A DNA stretch of 64,000 bases. It comes from Oceanispirochaeta sp. GTDB taxonomy: Bacteria; Spirochaetota; Spirochaetia; DSM-2461. Numbering within the stretch: the first letter of the stretch is position 1; the number at the start of each line of letters is the position of its first letter. The notes under the pieces are model-generated. The model had not been told where the DNA came from, did not search any database, and saw only the letters and a list, made by a program, of their open reading frames with translations. The translations under genes and the position numbers were made by a program. Positions 9,348 to 19,373 of the stretch are shown here, in pieces. The stretch lies in the NCBI GenBank assembly GCA_963663385.2, contig CAXXXD010000002.1:1312001-1376000 (forward strand), written 5' to 3'.

Positions 9348-11176
9348 TAGTTAAATTCTTTTAAATAGACTTTTTCAGGTTCAAGTCCGCCAAACCCCGA
9401 CAGGACATCATAGGTTACGTTTTCCCACTTATCCTTGACTGCTGCAAAGGAAATCCCATGAAAAAGGTATATAAGGGGCAGTTCTTCCAATAGAATGGAC
9501 TGGTACTCATCCCAGATCGGTTTTGCCTGTTCATCATCAACAGTATAGGTTCCCGTTTCATACAATTCATCAATACGTGCTTCCCAATCGGTCGCTGGTG
9601 TTTCCTGCAGAGGTCGCCATATATGGAAATTCCCTTTTGACGGCCAGACATTGCTTCCGGATGTGGGCCAGTAGTTAGATCCCAGGGAAACCATTACAGA
9701 TTGCCAGTCGTAAGAATTCATTATCATATCAACCATTTTCTGAAAATCGATGGGTTTTATATTAATTGTGATTCCGATTTTAGAAGCCTCATCGGCCAGA
9801 ATATTGGCTAAATCAATTCCTGATGAACCTTCGATCCCCATATTCAAATCAAATATAATCTGATTCCCCGAAGAATCGGTCATTTTCCCCTCATCATTCG
9901 GTTCTATGCCTATCTCTGATAACAGTCTTATGGCTCTTTCCGGATCATAGGTGTAAGCCATTTTAATTGACTCGTCATAAAAGGGGTTGGCAGTCGCAAA
10001 AAAATGCAGGGCAGGTTCTGCCAACCCCCGATAGACCTGACGTATTATCCTGTCTCTGTTAAGAAGGCAACTGATGGCCTGTCGGAATTTTTTTTGAGTA
10101 AACCAGGAATAGTACTTCTCATCCAGATTATCAGGATTCTGGTTGAAGGTTATGAATCCGGCAACCAGACTTGAGCCCCCGTTGTAAACCGAATAATCTT
10201 TGTCTTCTGTCATTACAAGTTCTTCCAAATCTTCTGCCCGTGCTCCATAAGCTTCTGTTTCACCATTTTTAAAAAGCAGAAATTGTGTATTATCATTAGG
10301 AACTATTTTGAGAATCCTTGTTTCAATATAAGGGAGCTGAACTCCCTGAGCATCTTTTTTCCAGTACCAGGGATTCCTTGTTTTTACTACACGGACTCCG
10401 GGTGTGTACTCAGTAATATGGTAGGGGCCCATTGATGGTATTTCCCTAACATCCGTGTCTATGCTGAATAGCTCCAGCAATCCTTCAACTCCTTCCTCCT
10501 CTTTAACTTTCTGATATATATACCGGGGCCCAAAGGACATATTTGTACTGAGAATCGGGTTGGCGATAACTCTGGGAATATGGAAATAAAATGTTCTCTG
10601 GTTGATTCTATATATATCTATCCGTTCTTCCCTGCCATCAGGCATGGTTACGAATTGTCCCGGATAACCCGGAAGCTGCAGTTTGGGATCTCCATTGATT
10701 TCATCATACCAGAATATGACATCTTCTGAGGTTACTTTTTCTTTTACAGAACCGTCGGATGTTGTCCAGAACAGATCGTCCCTCAATGTATAATAGACAT
10801 CAAGTGTACCATCAGTATTTTCTCTTACATCGGCTTCGGCTATATTAGAATAAAATTCTCTTTTATAGGGATCATACCCCTGTAAATTCTGAAATAAATC
10901 ATTCAGAACATCTCCTGTTGTCCCATCTCTGGCTGTTAGGGTATTGAACGTTTTGGGGTCGGAAGTTATTGAACTATGCCATGTTCCCCCTGGTGCTCCC
11001 GCCTTATATGCCTGTCCACCCGGCCTGGTTATGGTACGGGATAAGAGGTCCCCCTTGTTTTCCTCTTTCAGGGTTTCCGCCTCTTCCAGTGTCATCTCCT
11101 GTTCCTGTTTTCCGCAGGCGGAAAATAATAACAGAATTGAACCGAGCAAAATAAGAAATCCTTTTCTGATTGTCAT
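9347..11176 (-). CDS. oppA: ABC transporter substrate-binding lipoprotein (family 5, OppA-like)
   Basis: Lipobox LLFSAC; SDPKTFN; MGPY; FRQAIS..NRD; first gene of the operon. Confidence 0.85.
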   Translation of the reverse strand: MTIRKGFLILLGSILLLFSACGKQEQEMTLEEAETLKEENKGDLLSRTITRPGGQAYKAGAPGGTWHSSITSDPKTFNTLTARDGTTGDVLNDLFQNLQGYDPYKREFYSNIAEADVRENTDGTLDVYYTLRDDLFWTTSDGSVKEKVTSEDVIFWYDEINGDPKLQLPGYPGQFVTMPDGREERIDIYRINQRTFYFHIPRVIANPILSTNMSFGPRYIYQKVKEEEGVEGLLELFSIDTDVREIPSMGPYHITEYTPGVRVVKTRNPWYWKKDAQGVQLPYIETRILKIVPNDNTQFLLFKNGETEAYGARAEDLEELVMTEDKDYSVYNGGSSLVAGFITFNQNPDNLDEKYYSWFTQKKFRQAISCLLNRDRIIRQVYRGLAEPALHFFATANPFYDESIKMAYTYDPERAIRLLSEIGIEPNDEGKMTDSSGNQIIFDLNMGIEGSSGIDLANILADEASKIGITINIKPIDFQKMVDMIMNSYDWQSVMVSLGSNYWPTSGSNVWPSKGNFHIWRPLQETPATDWEARIDELYETGTYTVDDEQAKPIWDEYQSILLEELPLIYLFHGISFAAVKDKWENVTYDVLSGFGGLEPEKVYLKEFN

Positions 11177-11274
11177 AATGTAGGCCTCCCTGAGTCGAGA
11201 TAATCTTTTCTTATATGAATTCTAATATATTGTTATCTTAGAAATCGGCAAAAAAGGAAGGTTTTCTGAATATT

Positions 11275-13323
11275 TTACTGCCTTTCTGTCTGTTTCGGAA
11301 AGCTTATCAGGAATTCGGCTCCCCCGTTCTGACAATCCGTGCATTCAATAGTACCTCCCAGTTTTTCTGTTACCAGTTTATAAACCTTATGCAGTCCCAA
11401 TCCGATTTTTCCGCTGTAACGGTCGGTTGTTGTAAAAGGCTCAAAGAGTACTTCCAGCATTTCTGTCGAAATTCCCACTCCGTTGTCCCTGTACTCGATA
11501 AGACCGATTCTGTCGTTATCCGGATCACTGCTCAGGGTTATGGTTATTATTTTGTCCTCCACCATCTCCCGGGGAAAAGCATGTTCCCTGGAGTTCATCA
11601 GGATGTTGGTCAGTATTCCGTAAAATATCGCTTTGGAGGAGGAAACAGACAGGTGATCCCCTGAAAGCCTTATGGTAATCCTGTCTTCGGAAAAATTCTT
11701 CCTGTATGTTCCGATTAACTCTTCGATATAATCGTACAGGTTGAATTCGCTGAGAATCAGCTGGTCCCCGCTCCCCGATATAGTTTTAAAATTATCCACA
11801 AGCGAGGCCGCTCTTTTCAGATTATCAATCGTTAATGCCATCCCTTCATCAAAATTCTGCAGACACTCCTCCAGTTCCTCCTGAGTCAGGGAATCATCGG
11901 CCAGATCCTGTTCCACGTTCTGCATTTTATGGGCCACATGGGTTGAACTGGTAATGGCAATTCCCAGAGGCGTATTAATCTCATGTGCCATCCCGCTCAA
12001 AAGAGAGCCTATGGCTGCCTGTCTCTCCTGATTTATCAACTGGTTCTGTGTGCGATGAAGGCGTCCCAGAGTCGTTTTAAGTGAATCATTGATTTCTGCC
12101 AGTTCCATTGTTCTTTCTTCGACTCTCCTGTCCAGCATATCCCTTTCTTCCCGCAGTATTTTCTGTGTCGAATGAAGCTTCAGATTAGTTTGCTGTAAAA
12201 GGGCGATCATAAGAATCAGGATAATAATGAAAACAAGAATACCCAGAAGTTCCGTTTTATAGGTGTAGAATATCGTGTCGGGCTGATTAATAAGGGTATA
12301 TCCGGCGGGCAGCCTTTTTTGAGAGATATTAAATTCAAGGAGTTTGTTATAATCAAAAACATCGGTATGAGGGGTCTCCCATATAATCTTAACCTTACCG
12401 GCATCTCCCGCTTTCAATGCTTTAACAGCCTGTTCGGCTGCCATCCTGCCCTGTTCAAATCCGCTTACCAGATGTCCTCCGATAATCCCCTCTCCCAAAG
12501 AGAAATCCCAGGTTCCCACAACCGGAACTTCATCAGCCGCTTCTGATATCCGCCGGGTGCTTTCATCATATTCAAGAAAATTTCCTATGCTGTCATGGAA
12601 AAAATAGGTAAAAAAAACAACTGACGAATCATCCAGAGCATCCAGAGTCTTTTCCAGATCCTGGATGGCAATATCCTGAAGGATGGTAATGGAATCAAAC
12701 CGGTCCCTGAAAATATTGCTTCCCGCCTTAAGTTCACGGTACATGATCTGACCGGTGCTTGATATATCTGTAATACAGACCAGATTCTTCCTGTCGGGAA
12801 ATATCTTCCGGATCATGCTGAAACTGCCGGCTATATCGGGATTTTCGTTCACTCCGGTCATATTGGGGTCCTGGGCAGGAAGGGACGGATCCAGGTAATT
12901 TACACCGCAGAATACAACGGGTATGTCCGGAAACGTTTTCCGTCCATACAAGTTGAAAAAATCGAAAGCATAATTGTCCGCTGTTATAATCAGGCTATAG
13001 GCAGATTCATCATGTTTGGCTTTCAGGATTTTATCAAGAAGGTCAAGATACGTCTCGGGGGAGATCCCCCCCGTACCCATATAGCGTTTTGTATCCATAT
13101 ACTCAATCCGGATATCAGCCTGCTCTCCCAGGATGCTCAGAACCCCGCGTGTAATATCATCAGTCCATTTATACCCCTGATGGTAGGAGTGAAGGAGAAG
13201 AATCTGTGGTTTCCTGTTTTCCCGTTCCTGTGAAGACAGAGGGGACGGCATTACAGCTGATAAAAACATGAAAAAGAGAATGGATAAGGAAAATCCTGTT
13301 TGTCTGCGTGCGCTATACTTCAC
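11275..13323 (-). CDS. Sensor histidine kinase with periplasmic ABC-substrate-binding-like domain
   Basis: LHSYHQGYKWTD N-terminal domain, TM segment, H-box GMAHEINTPLG, DNGVG, FEPFTTT, GLGL. No adjacent response regulator. Confidence 0.88.
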   Translation of the reverse strand: MKYSARRQTGFSLSILFFMFLSAVMPSPLSSQERENRKPQILLLHSYHQGYKWTDDITRGVLSILGEQADIRIEYMDTKRYMGTGGISPETYLDLLDKILKAKHDESAYSLIITADNYAFDFFNLYGRKTFPDIPVVFCGVNYLDPSLPAQDPNMTGVNENPDIAGSFSMIRKIFPDRKNLVCITDISSTGQIMYRELKAGSNIFRDRFDSITILQDIAIQDLEKTLDALDDSSVVFFTYFFHDSIGNFLEYDESTRRISEAADEVPVVGTWDFSLGEGIIGGHLVSGFEQGRMAAEQAVKALKAGDAGKVKIIWETPHTDVFDYNKLLEFNISQKRLPAGYTLINQPDTIFYTYKTELLGILVFIIILILMIALLQQTNLKLHSTQKILREERDMLDRRVEERTMELAEINDSLKTTLGRLHRTQNQLINQERQAAIGSLLSGMAHEINTPLGIAITSSTHVAHKMQNVEQDLADDSLTQEELEECLQNFDEGMALTIDNLKRAASLVDNFKTISGSGDQLILSEFNLYDYIEELIGTYRKNFSEDRITIRLSGDHLSVSSSKAIFYGILTNILMNSREHAFPREMVEDKIITITLSSDPDNDRIGLIEYRDNGVGISTEMLEVLFEPFTTTDRYSGKIGLGLHKVYKLVTEKLGGTIECTDCQNGGAEFLISFPKQTERQ

Positions 13324-13472
13324 ATTTACTATTATAGGATAAATCAGGGACGAATTTTACGGAAAATCTTAATATAGGATATTTTCACCTTCCAGTTCGA
13401 AGCGGGGCTGTGTTTTCTGTTGTCGAGTATGGGGAGATTGATAGGGGTTTGGAGACTGAGAGGCGGCTTGAA

Positions 13473-15440
13473 TCACTCCTGGACTGCTGCCAGCTCTTCA
13501 GCCGCTTCCTCCCAGCGGAGGGTTAACTCCTCCTGTCTGGCTTCCAGTTCCATTATCCTGGCATTGACCTCTTTGGCTCTGTCCGCGTCGGAGTACACTT
13601 CAGGTGTTCCCATCTGCTCATGACAGTCGGCCAGCTCCGTTTCGCAGGCATCCAGCTCTTCCATCAGAGCAGCTTCAGTCCGTTCCAGACGGCGGATTTC
13701 AGCTTTTCTTTTTTTATCTTTCTCCCGGCTCTCTCTGGCAGAGAACTCCTGCATTACAGAGGACAGCTCCTCATTTTTTAACGGACCGGACAGGGACGAT
13801 TCCCGAGGCGCTGGCCCGTTATCGCCGCAGTTTTCTTTTTTCCAGCGGTAGTACTCGTAATCCCCTTCAAAATATTCAGCTTTTCCCGGTGTCAGTTCCA
13901 TAACGGAACCGGCCAGCTTTTCTATAAAATACCGGTCGTGAGAGACAAACACCAGAGTTCCCTCATAGCGGGAGAGGGCATCCAGCAGAACATCCTTGGA
14001 GTGAATATCCAGGTGGTTGGTAGGCTCATCCAGGATAAGAAGGTTTACCGGTTTTAAAAGCAGTTTCAGCAGGGCCAGGCGATTTTTCTCCCCACCGCTC
14101 AATACGGCGCACTTTTTGAATATATCATCATCGCTGAAAAGGAAAGCCCCCAGCATACTCCTTAATCTGGGGATCATTTCGGTAGGGGCTTCTTCCTCCA
14201 GTGTTTCCAGAACGCTCAAAGCCGGATTAAGCACAAGGTCCTGATCCTGACTGAAGTACCCTATTTTCACATCTGTACCCAGCTTGCAGATACCGGAAAA
14301 ATCCCTGTCTTCCCCGCTGATTATACGCATAAGAGTACTCTTTCCCGCCCCGTTCACACCGGCCAGGTTCAGTCTGTCACCCTTCCGGATTTCAAGGTTG
14401 ACATCCTTGAGAACATGATGATCACCGTAGCTCTTGTTGATTCCTTCCAGGGTCATTACTTTCTTCCCTGAATGGGGGGGAGGGGGAAAGGTGAAATGTA
14501 TCTTTTTCATATTGGAAGGGAGTTCTATCCTCTCCATTTTTTCAAGCATCTTAATACGGCTCTGAACCTGGGATGCCTTGCTGTCCTTATAGCGGAAACG
14601 GCGGATGAAATCCTCTATCCGGGCTATCTCCTCCTGCTGCTGGACATAGAGCTTTTCCAGCTGTTCCAGTTCCAGTCTCCGCCTGGCTTCATAGGTGCTG
14701 TAGTTCCCCTTGTATACCTTCAGGGTGCCCTGAAAAAGTTCCGCTGTCTCTTTACTTACCCTGTCCAGAAAAAAACGGTCATGGGAGACAACCAGAACGC
14801 CACCGGGAAATCCGGCCAGGAATTCCTCCAGCCAGTCTCTTGCCTCCAGATCCAGGTAGTTTGTCGGTTCGTCCAGCAGGAGGACATCAGGCATCTCCAG
14901 CAGAATTCTGGCCAGGGCAATACGCATCTGCCATCCGCCGGAAAAAGTTCCCGTGTCCCTGTCCAGGTCGTCCGGGGAAAACCCCAAACCTGTCAGAACC
15001 CTGTAGATCATGGCTTCCCTTTCGTAATATCCGCTGGCTGTAATCATCTCCTGAATTTCATGATGTCTCTCAAGGAGGTTTGCCATCTTTGAATCTTCAC
15101 CGGGCAGTTCGGTCATTCGAAAGGCAATTTCGTCCCGTTCCACCTCAAGATCCGCAATATGGGAGTAGGCTGTTTCCACTTCATGCCGCAGACTCCTGTC
15201 CTTATAGGTCAGCCCCGACTGGGGCAGGTACCCTATTCGGGCGCTTCTGGACTGGGACCGCTCTCCCAGATCGCTTTCGATCAGACCGGCAATAACCTTC
15301 ATGAATGTGGTTTTACCGCTTCCGTTCGCGCCGGCAAGGGCAATTCTGGATTTATGGGAAAGGTTGATATGGACGTTTTTAAGGATATCCCTGTCTCCGA
15401 AGGCGAGGGATACACCGCTCAGTTGGACGAATGCACTCAT
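13473..15440 (-). CDS. ABC-F family ATP-binding protein
   Basis: Two ABC domains (GANGSGKT/FSGGW/DEPTN; GVNGAGKS/LSGGE/DEPTN), no TM segments, C-terminal coiled coil. Confidence 0.92.
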   Translation of the reverse strand: MSAFVQLSGVSLAFGDRDILKNVHINLSHKSRIALAGANGSGKTTFMKVIAGLIESDLGERSQSRSARIGYLPQSGLTYKDRSLRHEVETAYSHIADLEVERDEIAFRMTELPGEDSKMANLLERHHEIQEMITASGYYEREAMIYRVLTGLGFSPDDLDRDTGTFSGGWQMRIALARILLEMPDVLLLDEPTNYLDLEARDWLEEFLAGFPGGVLVVSHDRFFLDRVSKETAELFQGTLKVYKGNYSTYEARRRLELEQLEKLYVQQQEEIARIEDFIRRFRYKDSKASQVQSRIKMLEKMERIELPSNMKKIHFTFPPPPHSGKKVMTLEGINKSYGDHHVLKDVNLEIRKGDRLNLAGVNGAGKSTLMRIISGEDRDFSGICKLGTDVKIGYFSQDQDLVLNPALSVLETLEEEAPTEMIPRLRSMLGAFLFSDDDIFKKCAVLSGGEKNRLALLKLLLKPVNLLILDEPTNHLDIHSKDVLLDALSRYEGTLVFVSHDRYFIEKLAGSVMELTPGKAEYFEGDYEYYRWKKENCGDNGPAPRESSLSGPLKNEELSSVMQEFSARESREKDKKRKAEIRRLERTEAALMEELDACETELADCHEQMGTPEVYSDADRAKEVNARIMELEARQEELTLRWEEAAEELAAVQE

Positions 15441-15473
15441 AATCAGGGATTGTACTGCTTTTTTCCGGGGACT

Positions 15474-17483
15474 TCAATCATACTCAAACAGAGGAATAAG
15501 GCATGTCTTTTCAAAATCATCCGCTTCCATGGGTTTATGAAAGTAATATCCCTGAAAGAGGTTGCAGCCGTTGACACTCAGAAAATCAACCTGTTCCGAA
15601 TTTTCCACTCCCTCTGCAATAACCGAGTAGTTCAGGTTGTGAGCCAGGTCTATTATGGACCGGACAATACAGCCGGCAGATGACTGACGGGGTATTCCGT
15701 CAATAAAGGATTTATCTATTTTCAGGGTATCCAGCGGGTAGGATCCCAGTCGGGTCATGGAGGAGTACCCCTTGCCGAAGTCATCAATGGAGATGGTAAT
15801 TCCCATTTCCTTCAGATCCTTCAGTTTTTCAATACAATCCGTCTCATTTTCCATAATGCCGCTTTCGGTTATCTCTATTCCGATCCATCGGGAGGACACA
15901 TCCGTTTCACCGATAATCCTTTTAATCTGTCTGGAAAAATCCTTCTGGCCAAACTGGCGGGGGCTGACATTTATGGTAATACGGAAAGGCTCATACCCCT
16001 TATCGGACCAGATTTTCGCCTGTCTGCAGACCATTTCAAAAATATGGTATCCCAGTGAGATGATTACGCCGCAGTCTTCTGCAATGGGGATGAAAAGATC
16101 CGGACGGACCGGACCCAGTACGGCCGAATCCCAGCGAAGGAGACTCTCAACACCTTTCAGCTTACCCGCTTTGTCGACCTTGGGCTGATAGACCATTCTG
16201 AATTCCCTGAGGGAGAGGGCATTATACAACTCATTCTCAATCCTGATGCGCTGGTTCATTTCATCCTGCATGGAAGAGTCGTACAGATTGAAACGGTTTT
16301 TTCCATCAGATTTTGCCTTATACATGGCTGCTTCCGATTTCTTTATCAATTCTGAAATGCTTTCACCATCATTGGGGTAGGTACAGATTCCCGCACTGGC
16401 TGTTATCTTGATCATCTGATCCCCGATTGTATAAGGCGATTCGAACAGGCTCTGTGTTTTCCGGATAATCTCCGGGATATTGTAGCTGGATTTAAGATCC
16501 GAAAGGAGAATCAGAAATTTATCTCCCATAAAACGGCAGATAAAATCATCATCCCGGAAGGATGTGTCTATTCTCATCCCCACATCCTGAAGAACCTGAC
16601 TCCCGATCTCGGTTCCATACAGATGGTTTACATTTTTAAAGGAGTCCAGTCCCAGGCACATGAGGGCGAAGATCTGTTTGCGGGAGGATGCTTTTTCCAG
16701 CTGTCCTCTGGCTCTCTCTTCAAAATGGATAAAATTGGGAAGCTGGGTCAGCTTGTCGTATTTTTCAAAAAAAGCCGCCTTCTGTTCAGACCGTTTCTTG
16801 TCTTCCTTGATTCTTGTCAGTTTCGTAATGGAATCGTTCAGCTGACGCATCAGAATCTGCTGCCGGGCTGTAATGGTATGCAGGAGTATCCCCACCAGCA
16901 TAAAGGAGGCAATATGTATGGACACCACATCCAGAGTGATGATCCTGTGTGAAAAGGTTTCCGAGCTGACCATTACGGGATATCCCTCCCTGCCGGCAAA
17001 AAAAAGCAGGATCAGGTATTCCAGACTGACAAGAGATCCCGCATAGAGGGGCACATAGGGCTGCTGGTATAAGCCGCTGATCAGAATGGGGATAAAGTAG
17101 GCCGACAGGGTTGCTGTCCGTGCGGTATGAACAAAGCCCTCCGTAAGGCTGTAACCCGCAATAACAATGGTAATTGCGGTTACCGCCGTAAAAATTGTCA
17201 GGTATTTGATTATTCCTGAGTGTTTATTGGCTCTGATAAAGAAATAAATGATCAGCGTATAGAGACTGAAGAACAGCAGCCCTGCCATATTGCTTGGCAA
17301 GCCGCCTGTTCTAAAAGAGGAATCTGAGAAAAGGAGCAGAAACATAATGAAACATAAAAAAGCTAATATGATTCGAAAGCTGATTTTAATAATCCGTTTT
17401 TCCGCATTTATCTCTTCATTTTTAAATATAAGACGGAGAATATCCGAATCATCCTGCCTGAGTCTACCAAAATCAAATTTCAT
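15474..17483 (-). CDS. Multi-TM degenerate GGDEF + EAL protein
   Basis: About six N-terminal TM segments; DKLTQLPN; MGDKF in place of GGDEF; VESL; DDFGKGYSS; LKIDKSF; FQGY. Confidence 0.87.
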   Translation of the reverse strand: MKFDFGRLRQDDSDILRLIFKNEEINAEKRIIKISFRIILAFLCFIMFLLLFSDSSFRTGGLPSNMAGLLFFSLYTLIIYFFIRANKHSGIIKYLTIFTAVTAITIVIAGYSLTEGFVHTARTATLSAYFIPILISGLYQQPYVPLYAGSLVSLEYLILLFFAGREGYPVMVSSETFSHRIITLDVVSIHIASFMLVGILLHTITARQQILMRQLNDSITKLTRIKEDKKRSEQKAAFFEKYDKLTQLPNFIHFEERARGQLEKASSRKQIFALMCLGLDSFKNVNHLYGTEIGSQVLQDVGMRIDTSFRDDDFICRFMGDKFLILLSDLKSSYNIPEIIRKTQSLFESPYTIGDQMIKITASAGICTYPNDGESISELIKKSEAAMYKAKSDGKNRFNLYDSSMQDEMNQRIRIENELYNALSLREFRMVYQPKVDKAGKLKGVESLLRWDSAVLGPVRPDLFIPIAEDCGVIISLGYHIFEMVCRQAKIWSDKGYEPFRITINVSPRQFGQKDFSRQIKRIIGETDVSSRWIGIEITESGIMENETDCIEKLKDLKEMGITISIDDFGKGYSSMTRLGSYPLDTLKIDKSFIDGIPRQSSAGCIVRSIIDLAHNLNYSVIAEGVENSEQVDFLSVNGCNLFQGYYFHKPMEADDFEKTCLIPLFEYD

Positions 17484-17554
17484 GATATTTCAATTTTAGT
17501 TTACCCGGGGCAGGATATCAAAGAAAGCTTTTGCCTTTTTGAACAGGCTTTCTC

Positions 17555-18931
17555 TTATTCTTCCGGTTCTTCCTCATTTGACTGAGCCTCATCTCCTTCC
17601 CTCTTTTCGTCAGCATTTACAAAGGCATTTTTGTCAGGGAAGGTGAAGTACATCTGGATGGGATCAAAGAACTGATCGGTTGTGACAACCCTGTCTTCGA
17701 TATAGCGTTCGTTCACATAGAGGAGAGACGCTCCGGCATCCCGGATGGAATAGAGGAAATCCGCCGCTTCGCCGCTGTCAAAACGGAAGGTCATAACACC
17801 GTCATAGTGACTCTGAATCCTGGTCTGGGGAAACATCTCAAAGCTTACACGGCCGCTGTTTCCGGCGGAGACTGTCAGAACCTGCTGGCTGATAAGGGAG
17901 GATTTATCAATCCAGGTGAATCGGCCGGAGTTTTCAAAAAGGATGGTGCCGTAGGCCTGGCTGCTCATCTCGGGACCGCGGGTTATAAAATCCTGAAGCA
18001 GCTCTTCCCGCCGCAGAACTTCATTTGCAATGACTTCGTTTACATCGCTGCTGATTTTAAGGAAAGCTTCGGATACTTCCAGACCCTCGTGCTTGTACTG
18101 AACCGATACAAAGTATTCACTGTTAATGGTTATCCGGAAGGAAGTTCCCGCAAAGTCATAGCGGTTGGCTCCAATTCTGGTTACGCTGTCGAAGTTTGCC
18201 TGAACAGCTCTTTCGGGTGTATTCAGAGTAATCGTACTGGTCGCCCGGTCAATAAAAAGCCCGTAATCCGGCTTGAACAGCTTCAGGTCAATCTGTTTCC
18301 GGGTCAGCATATCCTGAAAGTATTCAGGACGCCACTGGGTATCCAGAAAGGCTTCCAGCTGGGGATCAGAGGAGTCCTTCTCGTTCTGAACCACCATTTC
18401 CTGCTTATCGTTCAGACTGTAAACAGTCAGATAGGCGTCAAAACAGTACCCTTCCGCCCCGTCGTCCGTGAGAACTTCATACCAGTACCCGGTAAAGCGT
18501 CCCACTTCCATCTCTTCGCCCCTGCCCAGAACTTTGATCTCCTGACCTTCCCGGAGTTTGTATACCCTGTCAGAGGAGGCATCGGGCTTTTCCCGCATAG
18601 GGAGGCTGGCTTTATCAGTAAAGGCGTAAACCGACGCCCACTCTTTAAATTCGGCGGCAAACTCCTCGGCGGGAGCCGCTTTTTCAAAGAACTTCACACG
18701 CCAGGCGGGCAGCTCAAAACGGTCCTTTGTCCCCTTGATCTGGACAATATAGGATTTTCGGATCTGGGATTCCGAAAGGATATCCGTAACAGCGCCGGTG
18801 GGCAGGCCTTCCTGGTCGCTCCATACAATAACCCCATGGCCGACCCGGCGGCTGCAACCGCCAAGGGAAAGGATAAGGGATGTGAGAAATATGAAAAAGA
18901 GGATGTTTCGGGATCTCTGTTTTATCTGCAT
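17555..18931 (-). CDS. SH3-domain-containing lipoprotein
   Basis: Lipobox-like LSLGGC; SH3b-like segment MREKPDASSDRVYKLREGQEIKVL..WYEVLTDDGAEGYCF. Confidence 0.72.
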   Translation of the reverse strand: MQIKQRSRNILFFIFLTSLILSLGGCSRRVGHGVIVWSDQEGLPTGAVTDILSESQIRKSYIVQIKGTKDRFELPAWRVKFFEKAAPAEEFAAEFKEWASVYAFTDKASLPMREKPDASSDRVYKLREGQEIKVLGRGEEMEVGRFTGYWYEVLTDDGAEGYCFDAYLTVYSLNDKQEMVVQNEKDSSDPQLEAFLDTQWRPEYFQDMLTRKQIDLKLFKPDYGLFIDRATSTITLNTPERAVQANFDSVTRIGANRYDFAGTSFRITINSEYFVSVQYKHEGLEVSEAFLKISSDVNEVIANEVLRREELLQDFITRGPEMSSQAYGTILFENSGRFTWIDKSSLISQQVLTVSAGNSGRVSFEMFPQTRIQSHYDGVMTFRFDSGEAADFLYSIRDAGASLLYVNERYIEDRVVTTDQFFDPIQMYFTFPDKNAFVNADEKREGDEAQSNEEEPEE

Positions 18932-18992
18932 AATAATACCTTTGCTTTTTAAGAATCAATGGAAATTATTGTAGCCGTCTTTGGGTGACGGG

Positions 18993-19373
18993 TCAAACCC
19001 CTTTGTAGTGTTCAAAATGGGTAACCCTGCTGTTTCCTTCCAGCACGATACAGACTGCGTCCAGCCTGGCCTCTCCGTTGTAATGTTTAAAGGCCATATA
19101 CAGTTCTGCGGTTTTCCGCATCCTATTCAGTTTCTTCTGATTCAGGGTCTCTTCGGGCATCCCCCTGTCCCGGACGGATTTTGTTCTTACCTCCACAAAA
19201 ACAAGAGTTTCCCCTTCCCGGGCGAGAATATCGATATCCGAGTGGCCGATCCTTTCGTTACGGGCAATAACGGCATAACCCCTGTCGGTCAGATACTCCT
19301 CCGCCAGATCCTCTCCCCTGATACCCAGATCAATCTTCTCCCTACTTTTGCTTTCTCCATCATCCCTGTTCAT
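18993..19373 (-). CDS. yraN: YraN family (UPF0102) nuclease
   Basis: GIRGEDLAEEYL..GY..IARN..DIDI..LVFVEVRT..RLDAV. Confidence 0.9.
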   Translation of the reverse strand: MNRDDGESKSREKIDLGIRGEDLAEEYLTDRGYAVIARNERIGHSDIDILAREGETLVFVEVRTKSVRDRGMPEETLNQKKLNRMRKTAELYMAFKHYNGEARLDAVCIVLEGNSRVTHFEHYKGV

